A stretch of 64,000 bases of DNA, taken from NCBI RefSeq assembly GCF_006345805.1, contig NC_042998.1:36332001-36396000 (forward strand). The letters run 5' to 3'. Source of the DNA: Octopus sinensis (Eukaryota). Below the pieces are notes generated by a model. The model saw only the letters and a list, made by a program, of their open reading frames with translations, was not told the DNA's origin and ran no database searches. Below, piece by piece: positions 49,907 to 64,000 of this stretch. The stretch's first letter is position 1, and each line of letters begins with the position of its first letter. The position numbers and the translations under genes are program-made.

Positions 49907-51606
49907 AAACATAAGCTACCAGGAACACTTTCACACGATCCAACATGAATAACTGTCAGTCATTTCTACGTTATAGTCTCTGAAGAAAGGACGGTACAAC
50001 TGAAGAAAGGACGATACACGTGGCTTTTAGCGCACAAATAACATTGCATTATACGTCACATTTCGTCATGTTATTTCTGAAATGGATAAGCTTTCCGGTA
50101 TTGTTCCCGTTATCTTTAAACTTCGGATCGGCTCTAATCGACTCAACCTATAATCGAAGGTGTTCCATTCCTAACAGTAGGGTCTTTTTCCTTGGACTAT
50201 ATGAACCCAATATGCCATTCCCTTTTAAGGCAGTAGAATTGAATTCAAGGAGTATTTTTTTTCAATCTTGGTAGCCGAATGTGTGACCAAGAAGAACCTG
50301 CATTGTTCATTGGAATTTATTGTGTTTCTTACTTGCGGTGAAGTAGTGTTACAGGTTCAATTCATTTGGTCGTCTGTGTTATTTACTGATTGGATAGTAC
50401 CTATAAGGTGTTTATATTTGAATCAATCGCGGTTTGGGAGGGACAACTTGATAAACTATTCTTTTCTGAGAATGACAACAGTTATTATTCCAAAGTCAGA
50501 TATTTTTAGTGAATTCACTGAAGTACTAGGATATTATTTCACCGTCTTGAGGACTCAAGAGACAAAATAAACCAAGGCATGTTTGAAATCTGAACAGGAC
50601 GAGAGAGAATTGAACATCAGTACGTTCTTTTGTTTGAAATATCTAACTTCTTGCTACGAATCAATTTATATAAAGTGTTAACTCATTTCTAGCCATGACG
50701 TCTATCGGAATATTTTCTCGATTGTGTAAAAGCTCTTTTAGATGAAAACAGGTCACACTCCCGATAGTGGTTTTGATTTTCTCGTTATTGTTGAGTGGGT
50801 AATGATTTAAAAACAGACAGCTTTGTCGCGAGTGTGGTTGTTGTATCGGTTGTGGTGTAAGCTGCTGTTGTTGTTAGTGAATAAAAATGCATATCTCTCG
50901 CTGTTTATAGAAATAACTATCAACACTAACCTGCAATAAACTGAAGATTTTATTATCGCACGTAGCGTTTTCTGGGTTGGTCTTTTACAAATACTAACCA
51001 GTAGAAATATACTCCTTTGTATTTATGACAAGTTAACTGATATAGCAATTTATGGATAGCCCATGACATCTGGAAAGCAACTGCGCTACATTCGTGGAGA
51101 CGAATCTTCTTGTCTACTATCTGTCATCTGTCTTAAATGGAGAGGACGTGCTTCTGCATCAACTTTCTGCCATTACCACCAAAACCCTCTTTGTTTAAGT
51201 CACAATGAGAAAGCTCTAGAAAACCGAAATCCACAATGCTTGACATTAATTGGTCGCTTAATAGACCAATCACGCGAAACTACTTGGGTTTGATCGTGAT
51301 ACCTGTTCGTATCACCTCTACATCGACAAGAGATGCTTAACCAACTTTCTAAGCTATATACACGAGATTTAAGCTATACACACAAGATAGTCCTTCATAC
51401 TGATGAACCATGTTTCTGTACTTAGACCGGCTTAGGATAAATTAATTTATTATCTGTTATTATATATCTGTTTTTTTTTATAAACATAAATCTGTCCTCA
51501 AATATCTTATGCACCCTGTATACACACACACACATATATATGTATATATATATGTATGTATATATTGCATATATATAAATATGTATATATGTATGTATAT
51601 ATATGT

Positions 51607-51698
<92 letters not shown>

Positions 51699-51710
51699 TA
51701 TATTTATATA

Positions 51711-52100
51711 CTAGCAGTATCGCCCGGCGTTGCTCGGGTTTGTTTCGACCCTTTAGAATTAGAACTTTTGAAAAGTAAAAATTTTGCATTATATAGCTTG
51801 TTATTCTCTTTAAGTGAACATTTTTCTTGTTGAAATACACCGAAAAATGGCGACACAGTAGTCAAAAGATCGTAAAAAATAGGCATTTTCATAGAAAAAA
51901 GCACCTTTTTGATGTAAATAATTTTTGGTGTTAACATGGTCCGATTTGAATTTTATCTTCTATGGAATGAAGAGCAAACCTTCTTTATCATACTCTCAAT
52001 GTTGGTCAAATTGTGCCTCAGGGTCTCGGAGGAGGTAATGTTAGTTGAAGGCTACCAAACCTGCCACACACAGACAACTTCAGCTTTATATATATATAGA
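51711..52100 (-). mobile_element. Non-autonomous Helitron-like element
   Basis: Minus strand starts TCTATATATATATAAAGCTGAAG and ends ACCCGAGCAACGCCGGGCGATACTGCTAG; same 3' end as 59052-59564. Confidence 0.8.
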
Positions 52101-52823
52101 TATATATTAGAAGAAATGAGGTAATCAGAAGATCGGATGGTTCATATTTATAGATATTTATATATTACATTTTTTACATATATATATCATATCATTCAGA
52201 TCATATCATTCAGATTATTAGCGCTTTCTCCCATTCCAGTGGGGTTTTCAAATCAAATCTCTCTCTATATAGATATATATATATATACACATTACACACA
52301 TTTACTATTTTATTAAAGCAGACTAACTGTTAATCTGAGTTTTACACGTGACTATTTCTTAGGCAGTTATGATAATACACAACTGTCTGATGAACGCTCA
52401 CTGAGTAACAGTTTGCGAAGAATTTGTTCAACTTTAATGAAATATTTTATAACTCTGCCCTTAGTATTCGAGTACTATATCTTTCACCTTGTGTTGCACC
52501 TGTATGCTTACTTGTGTGTGTATATATTTACACATATGTACATACATGTAATTATATTTTGCAGAACTTTTAATGAAATTAATATCTTATTTGCTCCTAA
52601 GTTTTGCAACTTTGACTTTTGTCTGCATTCGATTTGATATTTTCCTCACGTGAATTTTTTTAATAAAAAAAATATTGCATAAACATTGAATTTTCAAAAA
52701 TTTATCGCTCTTTATTTTTATATTTCATTTTAGATGAAATCGCTTTACAATTATACATGTACAATATACAAATAACCTGTCTATCTGCCTGCCTGTCTGT
52801 CTCTCTGTCTCTCTATCTCCTCA

Positions 52824-52859
<36 letters not shown>

Positions 52860-53324
52860 TTATATATATATATGTATGTATAAACACACGTAGGATGGCA
52901 TAATTTTTTCGTTTATCGCGAAAAGCATGTGAATTCTATAGGAAAAAAAAGTATTTAAATTTTATCATGGCCTGCAGCTGATTTAAAGAGTTTAATTCGA
53001 ATTTCGAATCAAATATTACCAGGTCTGCTTTGGCTTTGTTAAAAAGCCACAAGACTCTGACACTAGTCACGTCTGCAGACTGCGAGCGTCAATGATAAGA
53101 GGAATCAATCATTCTGTTTACACTTCTGTAGAAGAATTTTGATTTCTGTCAATAAATATCTTTTTCATTAGTTGTGCCAAACTATCTATAATAACTCATA
53201 GGGAGACAGAATTAAAAAAAAACACATATATATATGTATATATAAACAAAAAAGCTAGTTCTAAAATCTCTCTAAGAGATGAACGCAACAGTTGCACTCC
53301 AATTAATGTTCGTAGCTGCGACTT

Positions 53325-53421
<97 letters not shown>

Positions 53422-53534
53422 ATATATATATATTTGTATATATGTATATATATATAATATATATACATAATATATATATGTATTTATATGTGTATATATA
53501 TATGTATATACATGTACATATATCTATATGTATA

Positions 53535-53575
<41 letters not shown>

Positions 53576-53637
53576 CACATATATATATGTATATATATAT
53601 CTATGTACATGAATATATATTATACACACACATATAT

Positions 53638-53688
<51 letters not shown>

Positions 53689-53703
53689 ACACACACACAC
53701 ACA

Positions 53704-53773
<70 letters not shown>

Positions 53774-53774
<1 letters not shown>

Positions 53775-53990
53775 ACGGCGACTGACAGAAACGTTAGCAC
53801 GCCGTCGAGAGAAATGCTTAGCAGTATTTAGTCTGTCTCTACGTTCGTTCCGAGTTCTAATTCCGCCGAGGTCGACTTTTCCTTTCATCCATTCGGGGTT
53901 GATAAATTAAGTACTCGTTGCGTACTGGTGTTGATCTAATCTATTGGTCCCTTCCCCAATAATTTCAGGCCTTGTGTAAGTAGAAATGAA
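53774..53990 (+). mobile_element. Meta-type SINE
   Basis: GAAACGTTAGCACGCC...CCGCCGAGGTCGACTTTTCCTTTCATCC. Confidence 0.85.
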
Positions 53991-54099
53991 TATATATGTA
54001 TTAATAGTCTTTTATAAGCTTAAAGCTTATAAGCGGTCACCGCGCAATGACTAAAGAAAATAGTCTAATAATGGGGCATATAAGCACTCGATAGAAGCA

Positions 54100-54170
54100 A
54101 GTAGGTTTCCTGTACGCGTGGGACTCGAACCTACGCCTGTTTGTTTACGCGAGCAATTGTGCTACCGTTA
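54100..54170 (-). other. tRNA-derived fragment (SINE head or pseudo-tRNA)
   Basis: TAACGGTAGCAC...AGGTTCGAGTCCCAC with a good B box but no complete cloverleaf. Confidence 0.45.
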
Positions 54171-55632
54171 TATATATAAATATATTGTGTTATGCTAAGA
54201 AGCGGTTAAAGCTACAAGAAACTTCGACTCGAGTCAAATGTAACAAACTACTTCAAATCGGTTTTAGTGTATCCTCATAAATGGAGTCAAGACCGGCCAC
54301 TTTATACAGACATCGATTTGTAAGAATAAAGTTAAGCCATATAGAATTATTTAGAAATAATGTTATACGTAAGTTTCAGTTTAGGAAATAAGAAGTGCAT
54401 CCGTTACATAAGCTTTCCTCAGTTAAAACTTGTGAAAAATATGAGGAAATTGATAGAACTATTTCAATATGTTGTTAGAGCAGCAAGGCGGCTACTAAGT
54501 TAGGAATACATGTATGTATAGAATGGGGGTGGGGTGAAGAGACAGGGTGAAGAGGGGGAAAGAAAAAATGGTGAAAAGGGAGAGAATAAAGAAAAGGATG
54601 TGTAAAGTGAGACAGTGGGTCGGCAAGGAAATATTTACGAGCGAATGGGTTTGAAAAATTTGTATTGTTTTGTGTGTCTGCATACAAAATCTAAGAACAA
54701 TTCATGAAGAATAGCGGATTGAGAAGATCAAAAATTTGGGGCGAGGAAGGAATCGAAAGGACCCAGGTTTCAGGGCGTGGTTGAGAATTTTAGTAGTGAA
54801 TGAATTTAGGAGTATATGGCAACTAATATGCGGCGTGCAATTAATGTATAGCGTAACGCCTGTTCTGTTCTCTTGTAAAATATATTTTGAAGAAAATAAC
54901 TTGATCTGAAATAATTACGGAATATTTATAATATACATTTTATCCTTTTACATAAATCTACAAATTATTCAAAGTTTCTCTTTGTAAACTTAACCATTAA
55001 TCTTAAATTCTAGTTTGATTTAATTAAATTAAATTTACATCCATAACTCTATATAAGTTCTTAATCTCTACAGATTCCGTTGAATATAAATGAGTTTGTT
55101 TCAGACTTTATAAATAAACCTAACAACATAGTAAAAGACCCCACTTCATTTATAGTTTTTGTAATTCCAAATTAAGAAGATTCGATCCCTATGTTAAAAA
55201 ATAAGCTAAAGGATTTATGATCATTTTGTGAATTAAGCGGATATTTATTTAATTAGTTTAATATAAACACGGACTCCAGATATTTAACTAAGCATGATTA
55301 ATTTGTTTCACATATTTTAGATATAACTAATGAACAGTTATTATCTTTGGCGGGTTTTCTGCATTTTTTCAAAAGTTTGAAAGCTCCTGCCTTTTAGATA
55401 TTATTAATCAGTTTTCGCAACTATTGAAGTTTAATTTATAGCGTTCGAGACCGCTTGAGTTCCTCATTAATTTTACTGTATAGCTTGCTGGACATGACAA
55501 GTTACAACACACCAAACAAACAAACAAAAAAAAGCCCACGCAATAAATAACTGAAGCTCACTTTTTGCATTTATGCTAGCAATATACTCCAATGAAAAAT
55601 TATTAGTAGAAATCTAGTGATACATATTTATG

Positions 55633-55723
<91 letters not shown>

Positions 55724-55727
55724 GATA

Positions 55728-55769
<42 letters not shown>

Positions 55770-55772
55770 CAT

Positions 55773-55848
<76 letters not shown>

Positions 55849-56195
55849 ATCTATCTATCTATCTGTCTGTCTGTCTAACCATCTATCAAAGTCTGCGTAT
55901 ATATGCATTTAAATTTGTAGCTCACTCTATATATGTAAACGCACATCCAGGCACACGCATTCAAAACATCTCCCCTCCCTCACAGCTTTGCATGGAAATA
56001 AGGATGTTAACTGAAATAGTTGGATAAGGAATTAAAGAAGCATGAAGTTCTCTGAATTCAAATTGTGATATGATGCAGTTACTATTGACTGAACAAAACC
56101 ATACTAAGATATTTTAGGCCTAATTTATTGCAATATTCTGACATTGAAACTTTTTGCTGTCTCCTGTGGCCAGAAAATCTGAAGGAGGAAAGGAA

Positions 56196-56256
<61 letters not shown>

Positions 56257-56269
56257 TTCAGACAAATAC

Positions 56270-56467
56270 ATAACAAAAACACCAGGACTCACAAACACAT
56301 ATAACATACAGAAAATTGCACTACTAGGCACTGCACACATCCTACGCAGAACATTTTCCATACAATAACCATCAGAGCATCACAACAAATCACAGCACAT
56401 ACCCAAGGCACACAGAGCTGCGCTCGGTAGTGAAGTGAAAGCACGCTATAAAAAATAAAACTACTGG

Positions 56468-56470
<3 letters not shown>
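56270..56470 (+). mobile_element. R4/Dong-clade 3' end between (TAA)n tracts
   Basis: IQKIALLGTAHILRRT C-terminal motif plus 3' UTR; (TAA)n on both sides. Confidence 0.8.
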
Positions 56471-56499
<29 letters not shown>

Positions 56500-57290
56500 T
56501 GAGAAAGAAAGCAAACGATGCTGGATCATAGATAAAGCATGTCCAGCTGAGAACAAGGCTGTCCAAGATCGGAGCCTATTAACCCGGAACTGTCAAGCCA
56601 AAGTGATGAAAAATGGTGTAGACCTAAAGTGTCAGTACTGCGACGGTGGGATAGAAACAGTCGACCACCTGGATGAATGATTTTAGCACCTGTAGAGTAC
56701 AGATCAAGACATGGCAGAGTTGGCCGATATCTACATTGGATAATGTGTCGGCATTATAAAACCAAAACTGCTGACAAATGGTACAGGTACGACCCTGAGG
56801 CTGTAACTGAGGGAGAAAATGTAACGAGCCTTTGGGACTTTTCCATATGTATAGACCGGACCATGAAAGCAAATAAACCAGATACTGTTGTGAAAGACGA
56901 AAGCAATAAAGTATATTTATTGATAGACATGAGCATACACTATCAGTATGATATCTCGTCAAAAGAATTTGATTAGCTCAGAAAATATAAAGATCTGCTA
57001 AACGAAGTCGAAAAGATGTGGCATCTCAAGGCAATTACAATACCTGTGATTGTAGGACTGGAATAATCAGAAAAAGAACTGAATGTGAGGAAAGACAACA
57101 GTAACAATCCTGTGATGATAGATGTCCTGGACTTGATAAAAATCGTGCAAATACATTACCAAAAATTAACGGGCGCTGCTCCTACACTGCTTAAAGTACT
57201 TTCAATACGAAGTACAAAACTGAAAGAAAATACAGCACACAAGTCTCAGTTAGCTGTGCTCGGTTTTGCTGAGAAAACACACAACAAAAA
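56500..57290 (+). mobile_element. R4/Dong-clade CCHC/REL endonuclease fragment(s)
   Basis: CQYCDGGIETVDHL, YRSRHGRVGRYLHW, LWDFSICIDRTMKANKPDTVVKD...LIDMSI, KYKDL. Confidence 0.88.
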
Positions 57291-57386
57291 TAAGGTCTCT
57301 GAATAAGAGGGCAATACGCGAAATAATAATAATGACGACGACGGCGATGATGATATTAAACATCAGCAGACTGAAGCAAAATATAC

Positions 57387-57799
57387 GCAGGAGTGGTTGT
57401 GTGGTAAGTAGCTTGCTAACCAACCACATGGTTGCGGGTTCAGTCCCACTGCGTGGCATCTTGGGCAAGTGTCTTCAGCTATAGCCCCGGGCCGACCAAT
57501 GCCTTGTGAATGGATTTGGTAGAATGAAACTGAAAGAAGCCTGTCGTATATATGTATATATTTATATATATGTGTGTGTGTGTGTGATTGTGTGTCTGTG
57601 TTTGTCTCCTAGCATTACTTGACAACCGATGCTGGTGTGTTTATGTCCCCGTCACTTAGCGGTTCGGCAAAAGAGACCGATAGATTAAGTACTGGCTTAC
57701 AAAGAATAAGTCCCGGGGTCGATTTGCTCGACTAAAGGCGGTGCTCCAGCATGGCCGCAGTCAAATGACTGAAACAAGTAAAAGAGTAAAAGAGTAAAA
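57387..57799 (+). mobile_element. CORE-type SINE, full length; a degenerate antisense copy lies at ~57848-58212
   Basis: Near-identical to 38416-38822. Confidence 0.92.
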
Positions 57800-59051
57800 T
57801 AGATACTGCTATAGAAGAGGGAAATTGAAGAGTATTTTATAATTTTTCCCTTGTTTCAGTCATTAGACTGCGGCCATGCTGGAGTACAAGCTTGAAGAAT
57901 TTTTAGTCGAATGTAGCGACCCTAGTACTTATGTTCTTTTAAAAGTCCGAACCGCTAAGTTATGGGACCGTAAACATACCGCACCGGTTGTCAAGCGGTG
58001 TAGAGGAACAAACACAAAGACACAAAGACACACATACATAGGTAACATATATACGACTCGCTTCTTTCAGATTTTGTCTACCGAACACTCTCACAAGTCT
58101 TTCGTCGGTCCGAGGCTATAGTAGAAAACACTTGCCGAAAGTGCTAGGCAGTGAGAATAAACCACCAACCATGTGGTTGGAAAAGAAGCTTCTTTCCACC
58201 CGGCCACACCTGAAAATACTTCGGAACTTGCCACAAATGGCGAAACATTTTGAATGAAGTTTTGCTTCCACTGATTTTCGGCTGAGTTTTTGAAGGGCTG
58301 GAATCAAAATGATAAAGGGAGAAAAACATAAGCAGCGATGCATGATTAATTCTATAAGTAAAAAGCTTCTATTGGTGGTGTCTACGCATTCAGGAATTCT
58401 TTTGATGCTATCCTTATGAAATGTAGCAACAGCCATGTCTAATTATATCATGCCGACTCTGACCTATGACTTATAGAACATGTTCAAATGTTACAGGTAG
58501 AAAGAAACGCAGGAATCTTTGTGCATTAGGTCATATTCTAACGACATTTCATCTTGACGTATTCGTTCTGCTTGGGACAAACTTCTCTGACTATTCTGTA
58601 AAAAACAAGCAAACAGTTAATACAGATATAAATGCTGTAGAAAACGTCACTTCTACATAAATTCTAGAAAGCATTATGCCAAAATGTTAACCAGGGAAAT
58701 ATTGTATTGCAAATGCTACAGCGGTTTACTAGGAATATAAATATAAACATGACGGTAGAAAAATGTCGAAGGAACGTGGAGGAATAAAGAAAAAAAATTA
58801 CACACAATTATATACTTAGGAAGATATTAAGGAATAACGACGAAAGTAAATATATAAATATTAATGGGGAAACGGGAAAAACTAAATACAAGATTTGACT
58901 CCCATAGTAAACGCCTAAAAATATATTACGGTAATAATTATGGACGGTGTAGAATTAAGAGTTAAAAAGCAAATTAACAGGATTTCTGAAACACACACAC
59001 ACACACGCGTGTGTGTGTATGTGTGTAAGGAATAATGACCTTTGATCGATA

Positions 59052-59564
59052 TCTATATATATAAAACTGTAGTTGTGTGAGTGTCTGTCTCCTACGATTT
59101 AGATTCCTAACTACTCCCACATTTTGCGGTGCAGTTTAACCAAATTCGGGTATCTTATAGTTGTGATTCATATCGAGCCCGTCTACGTATTAGCGCGCGT
59201 CTACGATGAGTCTACGATTTTAAAAATAATTTAACATCATTTTTTATTCCATTTTAATGCATAATTTTTCGTGTGTCGATGGCGGCGGAGTTGACGTCCA
59301 TGGTCACACCTGCACCTGTTTGCTTCTCCCCCTTCTTCCCTCCCTCGTGAAGCTGTGGGGAAGGGAGTGTAAGGAAATCAACGTTGTAAAGCGTCGTCAA
59401 GGAGACCAGCGTTCTTTTAGAACAACGACTTCATGGCTTGAAGACACCAAAACAGAAATGGCTAAGAAAGCCCGAATTGGCATCTATAAGGGAAGTAACT
59501 CTCTAAAAATGCTTATATAGTTATTTCCCTTACAAACCCGAGCAACGCCGGGCGATACTGCTAG
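59052..59564 (+). mobile_element. Non-autonomous Helitron-like element
   Basis: A|TCTATATATATAAAACTGTAG...CCCGAGCAACGCCGGGCGATACTGCTAG|T. Confidence 0.82.
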
Positions 59565-59588
59565 TTAGTAATAAAATTGATATTAGAA

Positions 59589-59812
59589 GGCGGCTAGCTG
59601 GCAGAAACGTGCGCTCGCCGGACGAAATGCTTAGTGGCATTTCGTCTGCCGTTACGTTCCGAGGTCGACTTTGCCTTTCAGCCTTTCGGGGGTCGGGTCG
59701 ATTAAATAAGTACTAGTTATGCACTGAGATCGATGTAATCGTCTTCATCCCTTTCTCTGTCCTTGTTTGTCCCCTGTATGTTTAGCCCCCTCCTGTAGGC
59801 AATAAAGACATA
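59589..59812 (+). mobile_element. Meta-type SINE
   Basis: GGCGGCTAGCTGGCAGAAACG...GAGGTCGACTTTGCCTTTCAGCC...AATAAAGA. Confidence 0.85.
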
Positions 59813-61061
59813 GACATTAGTACTAAAAAATGAACATAATTATGTCAGTCATTCAGTCAAACAGTCGTTCACTCACTCACTCAATCAATCAATCAATCTA
59901 TCAATCTATCAATCAATTTCTCTCTCTCTCTATCTATCTATGTATGTCTGTCGCTCTGTCTGAATATGTATAGCTATATCCGCATACACACTCACACACA
60001 CACACACACACGCACACACACACACACACACTCACACACACACACATACACACACACATATGAATATGCATGTGTAGCATAAGTTCATTTAAATCATATT
60101 TACATGTATATACTAATTATATACATACGCCATCACAAAAGCATTATATATATATATATATATATGTGCGTGCATGTGTGTGTGCATGTGTGTGTGTGTG
60201 TGTGTGTGTGTTTATGTGCTTGTATATTTGAACACACACACACATATATATGTATACACACATGGACACATTCAAAAGACGTATGTGTTTCTATTTAGAT
60301 GATACTCTTCACATACGTAGGTTATAAAATGAAAACATTTTCATGTCAGAAATTACACTCAACATTGAAATATTATTCATGTCCCTAACTCTGTTAGCAA
60401 GTCACCAACTCAAAACAAACAAATAAACAAACTCGCGAACAAACAAACAAACAAAATAACCCGGTATGCGATAAATTAACAAATGGTTAACATAACCAGA
60501 GAAAATAAAGAATATTTCTAGAAACTACGAAACAACGGCTGTGAAAAAAGAAAAGCTAACAGCTCTACTCGTCATTTAATAAAATTTTTCCTTAGGATTT
60601 TATTTATTTATTTATTTATTTTGCAAAGCAGAATTCAAGCAAAAACCTCCAGAAACGAAATTTGGACAATAATTAAATTATCTTTATAAAATTCGAATGT
60701 TATAATTCAATAGCGGTTTTAGAATGGTTTTGAAATTTATCAAGAGTTGAGTGTTCTTGCAATTATCTATTGCTGTCGTCGCTGTAGAGGAGGCTGGAAT
60801 TGTTGTTGGTAATTGTTATTGTTTTTAGAGAGTTGCCATTTTCCTGCATCTTCTCTCCACTTTCACCCTTTCAACTCTTTCTGAAACATTACCCGATTTT
60901 CTTCTCACCGTCTCCTTCTCATCATCATCATGATCATCATCATCAACAACAACCACACGACAACGACGACGACGACGACGACGACTACCACCACCATCAC
61001 CACCACCTTTTTCTCCTCCTCCTCCTCCTCCTCCTTCTTGTTCTTGTTCTTGTTCTTGTTC

Positions 61062-61108
<47 letters not shown>

Positions 61109-61710
61109 CTTGTTCTTCTTCTTCTTCTTCTTCTCTTCCTCGTTCTAACTCATGTATTTATAGCCGTGTTTTACATTTTGTATATTTCCTGCCATCACTC
61201 TTCTCCTCGTTGTCCTCAAAATCGTTATAATCGCCATCTTATAATCGCAGTAGTTATCATTTAAATGCTTTAGTACTGTTCCCTTCTTGCTCTTTGCGTA
61301 CTCCTCCTCCTCTCCTCCTCCTCCTCCTCATCATCATCATCACTATATCAATTACCATCCTATTTATCCTCATCCCTTTTCCCTCTCATCCTGCCTACTT
61401 CATGCGCTACGGATATTTACTATTTCAAGACGTCTATTTACAACTAAAGTTGCAAGGACGTCGTAAAGAGACCGAAAAATGGCCATCTTCGGACTACAAT
61501 TTCTTGACCATAGCGAGGCCATAAGAACTAACGTTAAGATAAGCAGGGATGGGAACACTTTATAGTCAATTAACACTCTAATACCATTATTAACAACATT
61601 ATCAACATCAACGATCAGCATTATTAGATGGTAATGAATGATTTATTAAGGTTATGCGTATATAAATTCACACACACAGTCAGATGTGTGTGTGTGTGTA
61701 TATATATATA

Positions 61711-62970
61711 CAGGGTGTTTCAAAAAATTTGATATCATTTCGCAATCTAATAACCTTGCCAGTTCAAATGACTTCAAATTTTAACAGCATGTGTAGAAAT
61801 AGGTCAACATTTTATTTTTAATGTTTGATATGTTTATATTTTCAGGTATAGAAATGGTATTCACTGGAAGAGAAAAGATGTTTTGTGTGTTGGAGTATGC
61901 TCAGACACAGTCGAACAAACTGTGCAGCGTGCATTTGTGAAAGAGTTTTCTAAAAAGTCACCAACGGCCATGCAGATTTGGACATGGCACAAAAAATTCA
62001 AAGAGGAAGGCTGTCTGTGCAGAGCAAAGGATCTGGACGATCCCAGACAGAAGATAAACTGTTTTTACTGATATTCGATGAGATGAGATTCCTCATCGAA
62101 ACCGGTAATATTTTCTTCATATAGTTTTTAACACCGCCAACACCAGAAGAAATGGTCTAGTGGGTCCACCAAAAACTCTTGTGAAGTCCCAAGAAGTCCA
62201 TAAGAAGAACAAGTCTGGAACCCAGATTCCTCCAATGACAGTTTGGTACATCCTGAGGAAACGCTTGCTAATGAAACCTTACAAACTGCAACTCGTTCAG
62301 GCCATAACAGCAGATGACAAGCGAAAGTGCATCAATTTTGTGTTGATATGCAAGAGAAGCTTGAAGAAACCGGCTTCAAGTAACGTCTTGTTTTATGCGA
62401 TGAGGCCACATTTCATATAAATGGCAAAGTCACTAAGCATAATATTTACATTTGGAGCAGAGAAAATCCCCATGCCACATTTGAGCATGAAAGGGATTCA
62501 CCAAATTTGAATGTGTTCTGCGCTATTTCCAAGAAGCATATTCATGGCCTGTTTCTCTTTGAGGAAAATGTGACCGGCAATGTTTACCTGCAAATGCTTC
62601 AGAACTGGATAATGGATGAGCTCATTGCAAATGAACATGAAGACTTCATTTTTCAACAGGACAGTGCTCCACTTCCCTGGGAGTTCACTGTGTGGGTTTA
62701 TCTCAATGGCAATCGGCTAGGAAGATGGATCAGGCGTGCTGGTGATGAAGACAATATGCTGTTGCAATTTTTTCTCTGTATCTATGTGAAGGGTTTGGTC
62801 TATATCCATACTCTTCCTGCAAACCTAGGGGAACTCAATCAGATAATCACTACTGCACTGGAGACTGTTACCCAAGACATGCTGCAGCGTGTTTGGGAAG
62901 AGCTGGACTAACGACTTGACGTGGGCGTGTGCCGTGTCTCAGGCAGTGAGCAAACTGACCATTTGTGAAA
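61711..62970 (+). mobile_element. Tc1/mariner-superfamily transposon (Tc3/rosa/maT-like), pseudogenised
   Basis: TA|CAGGGTGTTTCAAAAAA TIR; FCVLEYAQTQS...IWTWHKKFKEEGCL HTH, KPYKLQLVQA, DEATF, FQQDSAP; the third acidic-residue region appears deleted; no right TIR found. Confidence 0.88.
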
Positions 62971-63542
62971 TAGCCCATGTGGTGAAAATCATGGCAGCGT
63001 CAAAATCGACCCACTTACATATAAAGGCCATGATCCTGCCGACCTTCATTGTTGATCAATAAGACAGTTAATGTGTGTTATATCAGGGTTCGCAGTCGCT
63101 ATTTGTATAGTTTGCCATGGGTTGTTCAACAAGCTGGAGATCGTTTCTAATACAAATATGAGTCTCTTCAATAGAGTTCGATAATAATTCGGAATTTGTA
63201 TTGAGAGAGATCGATTGCTTTTTCAGTAAAATTTCTAATTGGTCGAACATTTCGCGCCCAATGATGCGAATTCGCCGTTACCAATGCCACATGCCAGGCG
63301 GAGTAGTGTGTTGGTAAATAATAGCTTGGTGCGAATCATCTCTCTTATGTTTTAGTGAGTCGATTTAGATTATGCGAAAATTTCGACAACGTGACCTGCT
63401 TTGATCAATAAGAGACAAAGCAGCGACAACCGATATAAATCCTTGAAGGATATGTGAATGATAACATAAGTGTGTGTGTGTGTGTGTGTGTAAGTTTGAA
63501 TCGAAAAGTTTGCCAGAAATCTCGTACACACACGCGCACACA

Positions 63543-63627
<85 letters not shown>

Positions 63628-64000
63628 ACAGTCATGTCAATTTTAAAGATAAGAGTATACCGATAATTAAATGATATTTCCGTTTATTTAATCAATTACA
63701 ATTCAAACTACGTATCAATTAACAGAATTACTTTTTCGAATTTTAAATGATAGTTTAAACATGAAAATTTTAATTGGCATAATATAATTATTGACAGAAT
63801 TAATAAAGCCACAAGTATGAATGTCATTTAATTTAAAAACATGCTAATAAAAAGTACTTTAATTTCAATATTAGATGTTATACTCTATCTAATTAAGAAA
63901 TACTATTAATAATTATTTCATTATATCATCCTAAGATCTGTTGTGATGGATAAACAAAAAAACTCATTAACAGAGATAATTGTCTATGTCAGCTGAAATG

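Noticed and set aside
50050-50570. 100-aa plus-strand ORF and possible antisense PLE RT relic
   Set aside because: The ORF has no motif, and the antisense similarity is too decayed to call.
54100-54170. Functional tRNA gene
   Set aside because: Acceptor and anticodon stems are incomplete; treated as a SINE head or pseudogene.

Overview
AT-rich, microsatellite-saturated animal genomic DNA with no recognisable host protein-coding exon. The SINE families and the density of (TA)n, (CA)n, (TATC)n and (TAA)n arrays suggest an octopod cephalopod, but that is an inference. The window is a mosaic of transposon relics: CORE-type and Meta-type tRNA-derived SINEs, RTE, CR1, Tx1-like L1 and R4/Dong LINE fragments, Penelope-like elements (PLEs, one with near-intact RT plus GIY-YIG at ~42.8-45.0 kb), Tc1/mariner relics and non-autonomous Helitron-like elements. 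The most notable signal, not visible in the ORF track, is about a dozen minimal type-I hammerhead-ribozyme motifs from several repeat families. Their 3:8 core pair appears as canonical C:G, swapped G:C (109-159) and U:A (18196-18239, 25026-25066). One family couples a tRNA-like Pol III head to the hammerhead (48916-49185). The window also shows two SINE-LINE 3'-tail matches (CORE-SINE/CR1 with a covarying stem-loop; Meta-SINE/Tx1), microsatellite-flanked Tx1 and R4 insertions, several long fold-back palindromes and a near-perfect 793-bp tandem duplication. All folds and alignments were done by eye. No ribozyme activity or novelty has been verified.
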